Shown here: positions 42,501-56,100 of the stretch, one piece after another | Position numbering within the stretch: the first letter of the stretch is position 1 | Layout: each line of letters starts with the position of its first letter | Source: Trichoplax sp. H2 | Taxonomy: Eukaryota | Length of the DNA: 64,000 bases | Assembly: GCA_003344405.1 (NCBI GenBank) | Contig: NOWV01000003.1 | Span: 1,178,001-1,242,000 of the forward strand | Direction of reading: 5' to 3' | Notes under the pieces: model-generated | Databases searched by the model: none | The model's input: only the letters and a program-made list of their open reading frames with translations | What the model was told of the DNA's origin: nothing | Program-made: the position numbers and the translations under genes

Positions 42501-45500
42501 TATGTAGCATACTAGGTGTTACACTTAGGTTTTAAGTCGCTTGGTAAGGGAAAGATCTACTGCAGTGCCTCACTTACTGGTGATAGTTACGCAGTCACTG
42601 AAATCTCTTTAAAGACAATTAGTCATTAAACTATATTATTTAGTACTTAAACTGGATATCACAATAAAGATCCAGCAAGATATGCGCCTTGAGAGAGTTC
42701 AGGGGATTAGTCAGACCTTTTGCGATCTGTAACAGCCTGTAAGATTTTCGTAATAATCTTTGCTGTAACATTAATATTTTTTAATCTTCGATCTTCTTAT
42801 CGTAGTCGCCATGATGAAGTGTATAGGACATTTTACGACGTACTGTAATTTAATATATGTTAAAGGCCTATCGTACTTATAGCATTAAGTTTTTATGTCA
42901 CAATTGCTGATTAGAAATAATATCGAGTTGCACACAATATCTAGCATCGAAATTATAACCCTAGGCGCTAGTTGTAGGCGTACATCTGTAACGTATCATG
43001 ATATCCATTTTTTAAGGGAACTGATATACTTACTTTCCGTTTTAATATATGCTGGCTTGATTACAATTACATCAGAGTACCAGCTCCATTGTTTAGCTTT
43101 GAAATCTATGCTGAACTTCTGAATTTATGCTATAATTATCACCAAAATATTAAAAATTTTATAGTTATTCACAGGCATAGAAGTGATACAACTCGCATTA
43201 ATTGAATTGTTCAAAGTATTTGAAATAGCTCGAATCTTTGCTATCAAATGGCGAATAAATTATAAGAAAACACCGTTGCTTTGGGATATACTAAATGAGA
43301 TACGTTGGTTAAGGGGGTAGACTAATAAATTCAGTATCGTTACTATTCTGTAGTCGTAGGAGCAATTTAACTGATCAAATACGATCCAAGATTTGAGATT
43401 GAAACCGAATCAACGAAATATTTATGAGAACTTTTAGTCCGTATAATTTTTGTATTATTTGAATTGGCTTGGCTTGCAATCCATACGGCTCTTGGATTGT
43501 TGTAGTATCATATCTAATTACGCTAACGACGCCTTAGTAACGAATTGCTAGCTAATAATCACAAGAGAAAGACTCAATCGCATTTTGAATCTTTTATTGT
43601 AATAATATGATAATATGAGATTACTTCAGATCAAATCAAATCATTTTATAGGTGTAAGCTCACGCGTTTATCGTTAAAGATGAGCACTCAAGCAATTTAG
43701 TGAAATTCAACCTATCGCAATAGATAATATATAGTCGATTAAACTTCTAACATATATTCTCTCAATGAATTAATGTTTTCTTATTTCAAATGATACATGA
43801 GAGAGCTTGTTGTTGCTGCTATCCTGAGCAATGCGGCTATGACATACTGTGTGACTTGGTATATCAAATGTTATAATTTACAAAAATAGAGGTTTAATTT
43901 TTAAAGGCTGGATAAACCCTTCACGCATATCGATGTTCATAAATAGTACGAACGTATTATGTCCGGCTACTCGTAATAATTTTTAGATAATAGTACAATC
44001 ACTCTCAGGCATAGGAGCCTAGATTCTGGCTATTTCGATTCTTAGATAATGCGAAGTTATGCGGTTTGATATGCTTTCAAAACGGGATATTAGTCGAGCT
44101 AATCCCTAATTAGAGTTTGGATTCATGTCTGTTTTTATACAATTAATTTACTAATGGGATGGATTGCTAACGAATATCGAATGTACGATATTGTAATACT
44201 ACTAGCATACCATTGCAGTAATCTAAGAACAAGAATTGCGTATAACTAATTTAAAATAACAAGATCAGTGTGTCGTATCATATTTTGATTAAGATTTGAT
44301 CAGAAGCGAGTAAGAAAGGAGAATTACGACATCTCAAAATCTACAAAACATACTACCGTTGTATTAAACCTCAGCTTGTTAATAGTATCACAAAGGATGA
44401 GAACGGTTTGACTATTATCTACCGGTAATTTTCTATTTTCTGCATATAAGACGGAAATTTACTGACTTTAAAGCGCTAGGCTTAAAAATACGTCAGTAAA
44501 GGTCAAAATTGCCATCTGTTTTTATTCCCGCTAATATGTTAATTTAAACTAGTTATAGTTATTCATTTGTTAAGGAGATATTAAAATTGCCTTTGGAGAT
44601 AAGTGACTATTGTTAAATTTATTATACTTTGAAACTAATTGAAAGTAAACTTCCATCAGTAACACAATTGATATCTCAAACAATATTAGATAATATCAAT
44701 TTGATTTATCAATTGTAATCTGCCTATCAATAGAGATCATCTGTTGAACTGCCTGTTCATGCCTAAGTGGATAGACATTAGACATGAAAATTAAATACTA
44801 AATTATAATATTAAAACTTGCAATGGTACATCATTGCTTGTCAACCATACTTCTTTAAATACTAAAAATTCTCCGAAACATAAGGGTTATACAGTGTTTT
44901 AAACTCATATTTCTTGGTATATATTATATATATACAGTAAAATTATACTCATTATTCAAATTTATAAAAACACAGTAACAGTAAGAGAAGCGGATAGATC
45001 AAGACTGTTTTAGAAAAAGTGATCATTTAACTAGACAAAGATCATTAAATTTGATTGAGTAGGTGGTCCAATCAAATTTATTTGATCGCAAACAATTCTA
45101 CTAAATCACTATAAACACGTATGACTGATAGTTGAATCCATGCTGTTATCGTATCATAATACGACTGTTATATGAATTAAAAGGCCTGTTGGTAATGAAA
45201 TATCAACAAATATTATATTTTAAGGTCATCATTTTAAAATAAATGCACATTGTATTGAATTGTAAGAAAATCATTAATTTACAAAATGTAAAAATTATAC
45301 TAGTAGTCCTTTATTAATTAAATTTAATATATGAAAATGCTTCTTTGATATTAACATCATAAAAAATGATAAGACATAAATAGTTATCAGCGTAAGAGTG
45401 AACCAAATGTTATTTTATCTCCTAACAGCTTTAAAATTAAAGCCTATGAATGTTTATCGAGTGTAGTAAATAATACGATATCTGGATCAAAATAAGCCTA

Positions 45501-48500
45501 TCAGTATTTTGCGTTCACAATGCTGTTATTGAGTTATAGATGTATGTAGTATTGATTAAACCAATCAAATTAGTTAAATCGATTTGATTAGCTTGATTTA
45601 TCAAGTAGTACAATTTGTCAATCTGAGTAAGTAAAATTCTTAGAAATGTGATTTAGAAACATTTCCTATTCAAGGAAACTGATGAAGCAATTGATTAATT
45701 AAATATTGATGATAATGGTAATCTCGATACTGATAACATCTCTACAGAAAGCATCGTAATAAATGGCATCTAATAAGAGTTAATGCTGATGCCTAGTTAT
45801 TAATAGGAATAACGAATAATGGTTGCATGATATTATTTGTTTTATTGATCAAACAGTCATTAGTATTCTTGCTCTGATTATAGGATCAAATTTTAAGCTT
45901 CTTCCCAAGTACTGCCGACCTTAAAAGAGAGGTCTTAATCGATTTCTTCAGAAATTTTCAAGAATATTCCCATAAAAAAGTTTCTATCAAGAATAGAGGA
46001 AACATTTAATTCAAGTAAGTGAGATAAATTATGATTTGTTAATGTTCAATGAATATAAAAGAGATGGCATTTCTTTGATTGATCGAATAAATTGAATATA
46101 AATGAGTAAACAGCGGTTATTATATTCATACTACCATCTGTAGTACTTTTATTATGAATTTCTTGGACTATGTTAGCTATAACATGCATCAGCTTTGATT
46201 ATATTATTGTCATTATTAACAGATCGATCAATACCATCTTGTATTTTACTGTAAGTTGAACTTGAGTTTTATTGTTTACCGAGAGCATACCGTAATTTTT
46301 TTAATATTACGGTATTACTGGCTTCATATGATCATTTGACAAGATGACAACGAATGCAATGTAAAACAGTAATAAATTTTTAATACAGTTATAAATTAGT
46401 TGATACTAATTCTATAATTACACAAACCCTTTCTCGCACGTGGATTAGTAGACTTTCTACAAGCTAAGATAGATAACAATATGCATATATTTTATATGGC
46501 TACTTTAAAGACGGATAGATTTAAACTAAGCATTGATGTCGTAAAGATAGACAAGGATTTACTTATCAGCTACTAGTATCGTTCTTTGCAAATCTTACAG
46601 CCTTGATATATTTTTAAAGTATCTCTGATATTTATGAGCGAAAGATGTATAGGAAAATCATTTCAAGCAAAATACATACACATGTCTCCAAATAAATCAT
46701 GAGAGTTAAAAGAAATGATTTAAAATCTATTATGAAACTACCCGTATGGTTAGTTTTATTGTAAATGTATATCTTGAAGATCAAGTAGAATAGATTGGCT
46801 ACAATGTACTTGCTGATTAGTCATTGTAGAAAGAATTTTATATAACACCAAGCGCTAATTAATACGAAGATACGACTATCAAGTGGCAAGATTAACCTTC
46901 AGTATGATGTAGAGCATCTTCATCGTTTATAACATTGTTTTCTTTCTTATAAGACATTAGTTGGGCATAGCTAAATTGCGAATTCAAATAAGAAGAGAAT
47001 GGATTTCACCAATTAATGTAATCATTCTTTTTCATTTTAAGAAAGACATAATCACAATGTGACCAATTTTTCTTTCAATCGATACTTAGACAAATTGTCT
47101 ACATTGATTAAGTGATACAGCCTAAGGGATTCAAGTATTATGTTTATCCGCTCTTCGTATTGAGTATCTTAACTTTTTTCGCAACACAATGCCCAGGCTA
47201 GGATAGATATAAATTTATAAGTAATGAAATCTTGTCTGCATCTGTATCGATAACGTAATGTTTATCGAAAAATTTGGATAACTTAGAATCGTAATACATG
47301 GAAATAGATTTTAAGAAAGTCATTGAAGGATTAAGCTTACATTTATACTCGCACGTGCAATGATAGTAGTAGATCATGAAATTCATCTCATAATAATTTC
47401 ATTAAATAGATAAGGGTTTATTATTGGATAATAATGCAATGTTGATGATTTTAAAGACTATTTTGATATTAAATGGGAAACATAGCTCAAAGTGCAGTAG
47501 TGTGAACTATGCGATTGCATAAATTTGAAAAGAAATCAAATCAATCAACAATAACATTATTCGATAATATTTTTATTACCCTTAGTATTTTAATTTCCTG
47601 ATGTAGCAAATAATATTAATGATTATGATAAAATCTTCATATATTATATGTAGCCAATAATTGATGTTGTCAATCAATTCGCGATAATATTTGTTGAAGT
47701 TTCTTTAGTAGGAATACTTCTTACCACAAAGACATTCGTTGTTTAACATTGCTCATGGTAATTATGCTTAATCACATCATTTTATTGTTGAGTTCAATTG
47801 CCACTTGACATGATCGATTGTCTAATTTTTTTGATATTTATTGATCTATTTAGCCATGATTGCCTACTACTTCCGATCACCTATGACAATAATAACACAT
47901 GGCTAATCGGTTTTTTTAATCAATTTATTCTATTTGTTTACTCTTACACACGCGCACTATTAACGCTGTACAAGATCTGTTCTTATATTTATTTTTCATA
48001 ATTGTTACATTTTCGACGCTTGCACCTGTACATTAGACCATGATTTTTCGTTCAATTAATTATTTTCAATTATTGAATTAAACATTGAATTTTTGTTACT
48101 GTGATTGAATTCATACGATAGGAGGGGTAATTGGTAGGGTTTAAATCTGACAAAAATAGGTTAAAGTCAATCTATTGGAGTTTTTAATAATGACAATTTT
48201 ATGAATATAGAGTTACTAGTTAAGTACGCTCATTTTTTTACCTTTGACAAACGATTTTTTATGATTTATGGGTATATTTAGCTAGGAAATGGTAAGGGAT
48301 AGCGAAATTTAATGTTGTCATTAGTCATCGAGTTTAATTATGATATCGTAAGATTATTGGCCATTTTAAATGTAATATTATCCCTGATCATCTGTAAATG
48401 CTAATACAGTATGTTTAGTTACAATTGCTATTAGACAAAAGATGTTGAATATGAAAAGTATCACTTGAATAGGACTGAGAGAAAATCAATTTCACATCTG

Positions 48501-48825
48501 TTCTGCACCAACTTGGCATACTATAAGTCTATTAATTGTTTTATACTCTTTTTAATTTGTCTTTTATTATTTTCATCGACATTCACTTATAAATAATAAA
48601 GATAAAATCATTTGATATTTCGAACAAAAACACAATTTTAAGTTTTTAATGGCAAAAATCGTTTTGTTTTTATTGAATTGTACTATGAAGTAGATCTTAT
48701 TGACTTCTCGAGTATATCCATGAAGCAAGTTGCTTTTATTAACTATTCATGCAATGTTATCTTATTCGATTGAATTAACCTTTACCTCGATGCAAGCAAG
48801 CATCATTACGAGGATCATCGTAACG

Positions 48826-48839
48826 GTTGCTATGGTTAC
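48826..48839 (-). promoter_or_regulatory. Candidate RFX X-box ~2.4 kb upstream of putative Delta TSS
   Basis: GTTGCTATGGTTAC; reverse complement GTAACC-AT-AGCAAC matches GTNRCC(N0-3)RGYAAC exactly. Confidence 0.5.
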
Positions 48840-50754
48840 CCATGGTAGACGTAGCCTCATTTGTATGCAATAAATTTTCATTCAGGTGGTTAACAACGTT
48901 GCGATTGATGTAAAATTATACCTGCTGGAACTTTCACACACTATTTACAATTGTTGTACAGATGACGTGATTTTACATCCGATAAAGGAAACAGAATTCA
49001 TAGTAGTTAATTTTTCTGTTAAATAAATAAAATATAATAAAATTGTTACAACTGCATCTAAAGTAGTCGGTACGGGCTAATATAGTGTAGTTGTTGCCGT
49101 TAGTGACACACGACAGGAGAAATTAATCTATTTATTAAGTAGATAATGCTATTAAAAAGAAGACACTTGATATTAATTCATCTATTCCATAATTTTAAAG
49201 ATTGCTTCGTTTTACAGTTAATAGGATAGTAAATTTTTGGTTCTAACATTCAAATAGAGTTTGCGCATCATATCATTATTTAGCCATATTATCGGTGGGT
49301 GATACAAATTGAACATAAAATTACGGCGTCATTAGAAAGTTGTTCATGGATAGAAATGTTTCTATTAAATAGATTTAATGACCTTATTTTTAGTTGACAA
49401 CCCCCACTTATTTGCAAATTGTATTCAAATGCTATAGTATCAGGGTGATTATGATTGATATCATGAGTACACCGATTATCATTCCAGATGATAGGATTGC
49501 TATTGGGTATTACTAATCTCCCTTGACTGCTCCATCATGATTATATAACACAATTACTCGATATTTTAAATCCCCCCTTATGTGATATGATGAAATGGAT
49601 AGCTACTATTCTATAAGCGTCAATATATTTTAATTGGAATACTTAAAACAATGGTCTCTACTTATATGCGGTGATTTTAAATCGGGATATTAAGTAAAAA
49701 ATTTGGATAAATTTGTCAGCGATTCATAATGCATGCTGTAAGATCGTATCAAGGTAGCATTGATGTATTTACACTAATTATGATTATCCTTACCATATTT
49801 GATTCGACATCAACTTGAAGTTAATAAAGATTAATCAACTATTAAAAATTGATAACTGACGTTATTATTGAAATGTCGCAATTTAACAAGTTGAAAAATT
49901 ATATAAACTTTTGTAAAAATATTTCTCTATTGACAATAGCTTATACCAGTTGTGACTTGATTGAATTAACATTGACCAACTGTTCATCATGAATAACAAA
50001 GATTGGGACGGTCTTGATTTCACCATCATCTTACGTTTAAGTAAAATCAACAAGTCAAAACTGAAAAACTTTAACATTTGTGATCATTATTTCTGTACTA
50101 GTATGACTAGAGCTAATATGTATTAGATGGTTTTGTTTATCAGGCTTGTTATGTTATTATGGTAGTTGTTGAAGTTCAATCAGGATGAGGGCATCCATTG
50201 CTGTACTTTAATGGAATTACGCAAGTTTTACCTTTTTAATGCTATAATATCAAATTCAGAAAGCGAGATAACTTCGTAATTTAACTATTACTATTCGCTA
50301 TTTTATTCAGAAAAATTCGGCTTAAGCAAGACCTTATGTAACATGTTTATCATATCGTTCTGCATTAGGGATAATTTTTCATTAGTAAATTGTTTACGCG
50401 TACATATACTATAAAAATCATGCAGATCATCTAGATTCAACTTTTTTCCCACTCTATCACCATCTCTACATCAACAATATCGTTGACCCTTTCTAAATGT
50501 GACTATCAACATGGCCAAATTGAAGATAACTGCGCTATTGGATTGCAAGATAGAGTCTACTTATCTTTTAAATCGTTCATTTTTTACTCTTAATGGATTT
50601 TATGTAAATATGCATACAGTAGGCTATCTAGAGCTACTATTACAATATTTGTTATTCCAGGCTAAATGCTGTAAAATATCAATTAGGTACCGTAGAACAG
50701 CAGTTGATCCTGTATGACTAGTATCAAGTGTTGATGACTCGCAGCAATCAATAT

Positions 50755-51182
50755 TGACGTAGAAACGTCAGCTGAGATGCTGCTACACGTGCGGCCCATA
50801 CAGTACGTGCTAAATACTATTTAAAATGTTATACTTCAATCCCGCTCAATACTATCAACTGACTCGATCAAGGCGGTCTTGCCACGACGTCACAACTCGT
50901 GACACGTGAAGCACAGTCTGCAATCTGCTCAGCACCATCGTACGCTCATCATCTGTCTTGAATTAGATCAGTCTATTGTATAGAGATAATTTGTAGTAAT
51001 CTATTAAAAGACCGCCTCCAGACATAAACTAACACTACTAACACAATAGAGACAATTATTATTATTGGAGAAGAATAGAAGGCGGAGTTCAAGAGAATAG
51101 CTACAAAGAATCTATTGAATTGAATGGTCAATTAACTGTATTGTGTTGTAGAAACATCCTCTATACGCGATATGTATATAAA
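50755..51182 (+). promoter_or_regulatory. Putative Delta proximal promoter (CRE-like, E-box, N-box, GC-box, TATA)
   Basis: Locally GC/CpG-rich patch: TGACGT-N4-ACGTCA 50755-50770, CAGCTG 50769, CACGTG 50786 and 50903, GACGTCA 50886, CTCGTG 50896, GGCGG boxes at 50872, 51012 (reverse) and 51081, TATATAAAG at 51175. Confidence 0.55.
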
Positions 51183-51209
51183 GACCGGCATGAGTAGTCG
51201 ATGGAGTAG

Positions 51210-53159
51210 TTAGTAGCATTATAGTGTTGATAATCTACAACTGTCGAATCGACAAGGAAAGAGAAAATTTAGGAGAAAGAGAAAGGGAAAAAATTTTGTA
51301 AACTAAACTACACTGATTGATTCATCAAATTATTGAACAAGCTGAATGACCTGGTCTAACTTGTCGCTGCTTTAATTGGTATTGTAGTGGTAAGAAATCA
51401 TCCAACGATATAAATAGAGGTAGAGAAAAAGCTTCAACGAGTGGATAGTGCTTTCTCATAATAAGGAACATAAGTTTTCATCACATACAAACATAAATCA
51501 ACTTTCAAAGTAGTCAAAGTGGAATGTTATATTAGATGCACACTTGAATCATTTCGAGCAATCGCAACAGCCATTGGATTGGACTAATCACTAATAAAAA
51601 CACACTCACTGATCATTATTGAGCTGAGTTTAAACAAAAAACGAGGAAATCTACTCAATATTGAAACATATTATACGAATGATAGTAACTTGCTCAACTT
51701 GATATGATTGAAAACAAGACACCGTCATTAAATTAAAATCGATCATCTTTGGCGGCCATTATTTTTGATTATATTCAATGCAACTTTTCAATTACCTGGA
51801 AATTTTCTCTATTTTAATTTAACTTGATTTACACCATTTTTTTACACAGTACGTTACCTCGCATAGATAAGCATCGTCAAATCTATATAAGAAGTTAATC
51901 ATAGCTCTATTATCATAAAGTAGACAAGTCCTAGAACTATTAGACCGTTAAAATAACATTGTGGAAATTGGATCATTGCCAAGTTATTTTACTGTAAACT
52001 GATATCAACCGTACAGAAAGATTCTAGCGATCAATTACATTATTGCAAGGTAAGCTTTCTTATTTTCATATCATTAAGTAAGAAGATTGAATACCGTAAC
52101 TGAGCTAGACCATTTATGATCATTATGAGCCAAACACTTATCACATATCAATACTAATCTGGAAAGTCATACTTTTTTCTGCGGTTAAATTTTGACAAAG
52201 ATGCATGCTATTAATGCCCTAAAATATCATACCACATCAATAGTGCATTATAGTCATTTACTTTATAACCTTTAGAGTTTCGACAACTGAGTTACAAATC
52301 ACGATGATTAAAATAGTGTTATGCTATTTTGATATATAAAAAAACTATAATTTTTGATTTATTCTATCTTGTAGTGTATTGATTTAATGGTAGTCACTGT
52401 ATTAAGTTGTTGTCATCCAATCGAAATGACTACACAGTCACCATAGGAATATTTTCATGTATTTCAATAACTTCTTTTACCATTGAAACAATATTAAAGC
52501 GCCGATGACAATTAAATTGTACAAGTTTTCCTTACAATCGATTTTTATTTTAATTTTTCTTTTTGTATTGACTCCGTTTTTAAAGCTTGGCTGAGATTTT
52601 TAATTAATTTTCCCTCGATACTTTTTAATGTCGATCAGACAACAACTTATCATCATCATTTAAATACAGATGCATTCTATAAATTGTTATATTTGCAATA
52701 CTATCATCATCATATTACACGATCATATTTCAATTATAATATAAACGGAAAGTCTTTGCTAGATTCTACTCTTGGGATCGAATTCGTATTGGGTTAGAAA
52801 GTATTCACTATTTATCTTGAATTTAAATTTCGCCATATTACATCAGACAATATTAAAGAAGCTCTCTATACTTGATATTAGTGTCTTGTAATCATCGATT
52901 CATCAAAATATATTTTCTTAGTCTTTACTTTCGGCCTCTTAATCAGTTTTTCTTCATTTACTAAATTGTCCCTGATTGCTTTCTTTATTCTTTTTACAGA
53001 ACATTACCGATAGCGAAAAATTGATTAAAAAAATTTAAGCTATCGATTAAAATAGCTGGTATTCCGTTTAAATCTAGACAAAATTTCAACAGAAAGACTG
53101 TCTAGTTCAAATTTGCTTCGATTGATTGCTAAGTTCCATTTTCCAATAATTCAATCAAG
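51210..53159 (+). other. Predicted spliced 5' UTR of Delta (exons ~51210-51389, 51850-52049, 53000-53159)
   Basis: Donors G|GTAAGA (51390) and AAG|GTAAGC (52050); acceptors TTTTTTTACACAG (51849) and TTCTTTTTACAG (52999). The predicted exons contain only one upstream ATG (51346). Confidence 0.45.
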
Positions 53160-56100
53160 ATGAAGTGCCTATCATTGTCGATAACATTTATCTCATCTAG
53201 CTTGGTATTGTTAATGCTGCTGAATTTCAATACGGTAAGTCTATTCGTTAACAAGCGTATTCCTCGTTGAACTTAAAGTTGATAGCACTCTATATCCATT
53301 CCATCAATATCGATGGTTGACCTAATTTTCGACACATTCTTCAATTATAAGATTTTTAAAGCATAAATAACGAAAAATATCAGCGAATTAATTATAACTA
53401 AAGATTAGAAAAAATAGATGAAATAAGGGTAGGCTGTTGTCTATCTCTCTATTTCTCATATATTTTCAATTCAATTACGGACCATAATACAAACATATAA
53501 CTTTATCCTTAGACAAGTTCAAATATTGCCAGTGTATTTTCTCTTAATTGCTGTGCAATCTCTTTAAGTATTTTTATCACTGTCTATTAAATTGTTTAGC
53601 ATAAATTAGATTCTTTTTATTGAAGGGAATAATTCATCTATTTCTACGACCTCTAACAAGCCGGTGTTGTGCTTTCACTTTTATAACCTCAATCGTTCAT
53701 GTACCAGAATTATTTCTTGCGATACATATTAATATGATGAATCATTTCTGATATCTTGCAATTACATTAACTGTTCATAATTTTACATCGAAGATAGATA
53801 GACGAAATACAATCGTTCTATTTAATTATACAAAACCTTATTCCATTTCAATCAAGACGTGAGAGTGTATTGTATTTTATTATTGATAGAACATTAATAA
53901 TATTGTTCCTTTTCTCATTAGCGTTAGACTGTAAAGTCCAATTTACCAATTATTCATCGTAGTACAGATTTGACCTTATGTGGTAATCTTATTACCCTAT
54001 ATGCATCGATAATAATGCGGAATAACTGCAATGATTATAATTGATGTAAATTATTTAATAGCAGTATACAGCATTAGTGGAAATCTACAGATAAATTAGT
54101 ACAGTACATTTGAAGCTGATGATATTTAAAGTAAATTATACGAGCAGATTTAGAGTTATTTTTCGTAATTGACGTCCAGATCGTTACTAGTAGTATAGCC
54201 TTTTATTTTGTTTTAAGAATACAATTGAAGTCTGCCGATGAAACGTCTTTATGTCTTTCTTCTAGGATAGAATAGATACTTTTATACTTTCATTTTGTTA
54301 AAATGCGAATACTGTAGGGTATCTATAGGAAATATAGTATACAATTTAAGTATTTGTATTCTCTCAAAGTTATATACCAAAGTCTCTCTTTAGACATAGA
54401 CGGATAAATTATATCCGTTATGCTCTAGACAGTCTATTGACAGTTTAAACGTTATCAATTAATCCTCAACCTTTCTTTCTCCTTCGTCTAAGGTGCAAGA
54501 TTTATATTCAGTTCGCTTTTTGATTACTGAAATTAAATATATTATGTAGATTAAAATACAGATGGCATTCTCATCCTTTTGATAGAAAGTTTACTTCTAT
54601 ATGTAAACTTTGCATAAAAGTTTGAATATTTAATATAATTGATATAATTTGATATGTATAAATATAATTTACTTATTGATGTCTTTCTATCAGAAAGAAA
54701 ACCAATTCTATCTTTTAAATATAATTATCAGTATTATAATTTTCATTAAGAATCCATATGGAAGTGGATCTTGCAACTCACACTCTTAACAAATATAAGT
54801 TGTCTAGAGTCTCCGATATTTCAGTTGGAATGCATCAATAGTTATTAGTGCTTCATTTTAGCCTTAAAACATTGTATGATAAAAATACCTAGCTCTGTTA
54901 GTATCATTTTTGAATTTTTATTACAATTTAAAACTTATAGATAAAAAGCAAGCAAACAGTACAATATGTCAATAGAAGATATTTGACTATCAATCAACGC
55001 ACATAATGTCCCATTTAATTTCCACTATCGGCTAGAATGGGTTTTAATACCTTTACTCTGGATAAATTAAAAATAGGTCACATAAATTGTCAGCAACTCA
55101 AGTTTCTATCATAAACTCAAATGCTTTATAGTACTTTTCACTAAAAATTGATATTCATATTTCCATTTACTCTGTATTGTAGAAATTTTCTATCATCAGA
55201 TAAAGAGAATAATTTTACATTTATTAAAAATGACCCTATAGATTATTATTAAAGTTTTCATTGTATCATTGCCAGAGGTGGATAAAATTCTAACTGTGAG
55301 ACTATACGTGTAAAATTTAAATATAATATTAACCAGTTGTATAGTATTTATTTTACGCTGAAGTATCGAAAAATATTGCGAATTCTTTATAGATAAGCAC
55401 TCTTAGGGTAGATGCATCAGTGTAGCAAAATTTTGATTAAAGGAAGTTGAATTAGATGTTGTTATTTGTATATTTATTTCTTTTCGTTCTCATATAATTT
55501 TAGCCCGTAGAATCGGTAGGGACTTTCCAATTTAAATTAAATTCTATCACCAACCAGTTGGGATTAACAGCAGCTAAGAAATGCTGCCATGGTGATTTAA
55601 TACATGGCGGAACATGCTCTGAGCCATGTCAAACATTTTTTAAGATATGTTTACGCGATCAAGTAGATAGCAGCGATGGTATGTGTGGTTTTGGCAACGT
55701 AACAACTCCGGTATTAGGTGAAAATTCATTTACTTTGCGCGCTGGAAAGTTAAAAGATAATTTTCATAATCCAATTTCAATCCACTTTAATTTTACATGG
55801 CCGGTAAGTCCATAAATATGTTGGTTTATGTGTTAATTTTTATCTAAATTATCCGCTTATTACAATAGGTATTGATGATTTGTGATAGTCTAAATTCAAT
55901 CACAAATTTTAATTTCTTTTCTTTTACAAAATTTCCTTCCTATCCACCCCCAAACAACATATCAACAACAAAAAATTAATACTCAACTCTAATCCTTTCA
56001 ATATATAAACTAATTCATAAATATATATGTTTGTAAAAATACGTGTATGTGCGACTACAAACTATACGTATCAATAAGTATTTTGCATGCTTGAACCGCT

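Noticed and set aside
21112..50717. Scattered 60-75 aa ORFs in the intergenic desert
   Set aside because: I/L/F/Y-rich composition typical of random AT-rich DNA; no consistent exon chains found.
54395..54422. Small hairpin cata-g-acggata/tatccgt-tatg in Delta intron 1
   Set aside because: Too short for a miRNA or MITE; chance-level in AT-rich DNA.
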